A stretch of 32,000 nt of DNA. Origin: Propionibacterium freudenreichii subsp. freudenreichii. Its GTDB lineage: Bacteria; Actinomycetota; Actinomycetes; Propionibacteriales; Propionibacteriaceae. A model generated the notes under the pieces. It was given only the letters and a program-made list of their open reading frames with translations. It made no database searches and had not been told where the DNA came from. Of this stretch, positions 31,644 to 32,000 are shown piece by piece (within the stretch, counting starts at the first letter, position 1; each line of letters opens with the position of its first letter). The translations under genes were made by a program, and so were the position numbers. The DNA is taken from the NCBI RefSeq assembly GCF_000940845.1, contig NZ_CP010341.1, positions 1,500,001 through 1,532,000 on the forward strand, in the 5' to 3' direction.

Positions 31644-31671
31644 GGCACGTGTGCGGCACGTCACTGGCACG
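31644..31671 (+). repeat. Three GGCACG repeats at an exact 11-bp period upstream of the integrase start
   Basis: GGCACGTgtgc GGCACGTcact GGCACGa, with copies starting at 31644, 31655 and 31666. Confidence 0.8.
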
Positions 31672-31691
31672 AAAACCGAGGAGGCCGACCC

Positions 31692-32000
31692 ATGGGACGA
31701 CGTGGATTCGGCTCCATCAGGACGCTGCCGTCGGGAAAGTACTAGGCCCGCTACACCGCCCCCGACCTTGGCGTCCACAAGGCCCCATGACCTTAACCAG
31801 GAAACAGGACCCAGAACGCTGGCTCGCCGCCGAGGAAGACCTCATCTCCCTGGGAGTGTGGGCCGCGCCAAAGATCCGGGCCGCGAAACCCAAGTGCACG
31901 TGCGTCGGGACATGGATCGAGAAGGTCATCCAGCGCGCGCCAGCCGCACCCGCAGACCGCTGGCACAAACCACGTTCGACGTGCTGTGGGTCACCGACGA
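31692..32000 (+). pseudogene. Tyrosine recombinase (phage-type integrase), N-terminal part, disrupted by a nonsense codon and frameshifts; continues beyond the window
   Basis: A GAGGAGG SD precedes MGRRGFGSIRTLPSGKY, the typical actinobacterial integrase N-terminus, then TAG at 31743. Homology continues as ARYTAPDLGVHKAP, shifts frame at about 31787 (MTLTRKQDPERWLAAEEDLISLGVW...WIEKVIQRA), and shifts again near 31950 (RPLAQTTFDVLWVTD). Confidence 0.75.

Larger units (their letters stand above)
31537..32000 (+). mobile_element. Probable left end of an integrated element (or its remnant) inserted at the 3' side of tRNA-Leu
   Basis: An integrase gene directly downstream of a tRNA gene is the classic genomic-island or prophage junction. 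The other end and the cargo are outside the window. Confidence 0.45.

Overview
High-GC actinobacterial chromosome segment. From my recollection of Cutibacterium/Propionibacterium 16S, the 16S/23S look Propionibacteriaceae-like; this is not verified. Content is almost entirely core housekeeping, mostly on the minus strand. From left to right: a partial HAD-IIA phosphatase; a 705-aa TPR-like protein with very large disordered tails; a complete rrn operon (5S-23S-16S, transcribed leftward) with leader, promoters and terminator; tyrS; an argC-J-B-D-R-H operon with overlapping junctions and tandem ARG boxes; a divergent alaA-like aminotransferase; and pheS-pheT. These are followed by a 58-codon membrane ORF coupled to a SpoU/TrmH methyltransferase, infC-rpmI-rplT, a small membrane protein, hisE-hisG, a divergent FtsH-family protease, mshC, an aldo/keto reductase and a DUF5703-like gene. 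The right edge holds tRNA-Leu(GAG) followed by a decayed tyrosine integrase, which looks like the left border of an integrated element continuing beyond the window. I see no CRISPR array, defence system, toxin-antitoxin pair or biosynthetic cluster, so this is an ordinary core region rather than an accessory island. The items worth a second look are: (1) the 23S rRNA departs from near-universal nucleotides at the three rRNA elements of the translation-factor GTPase site: the sarcin-ricin tetraloop reads GCAA instead of GAGA, position 1067 is G, and the helix 89 tip is remodelled with a compensatory pair; (2) the tripartite basic-IDR/TPR/acidic-IDR protein immediately downstream of the rrn terminator; (3) a structured leader of about 190 nt with an intrinsic terminator 40 nt upstream of a non-AUG infC start; (4) the tRNA-Leu/integrase remnant with phased repeats; (5) a TGCACGCG motif array. 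All rRNA numbering comes from manual alignment to remembered E. coli sequence and needs computational confirmation.
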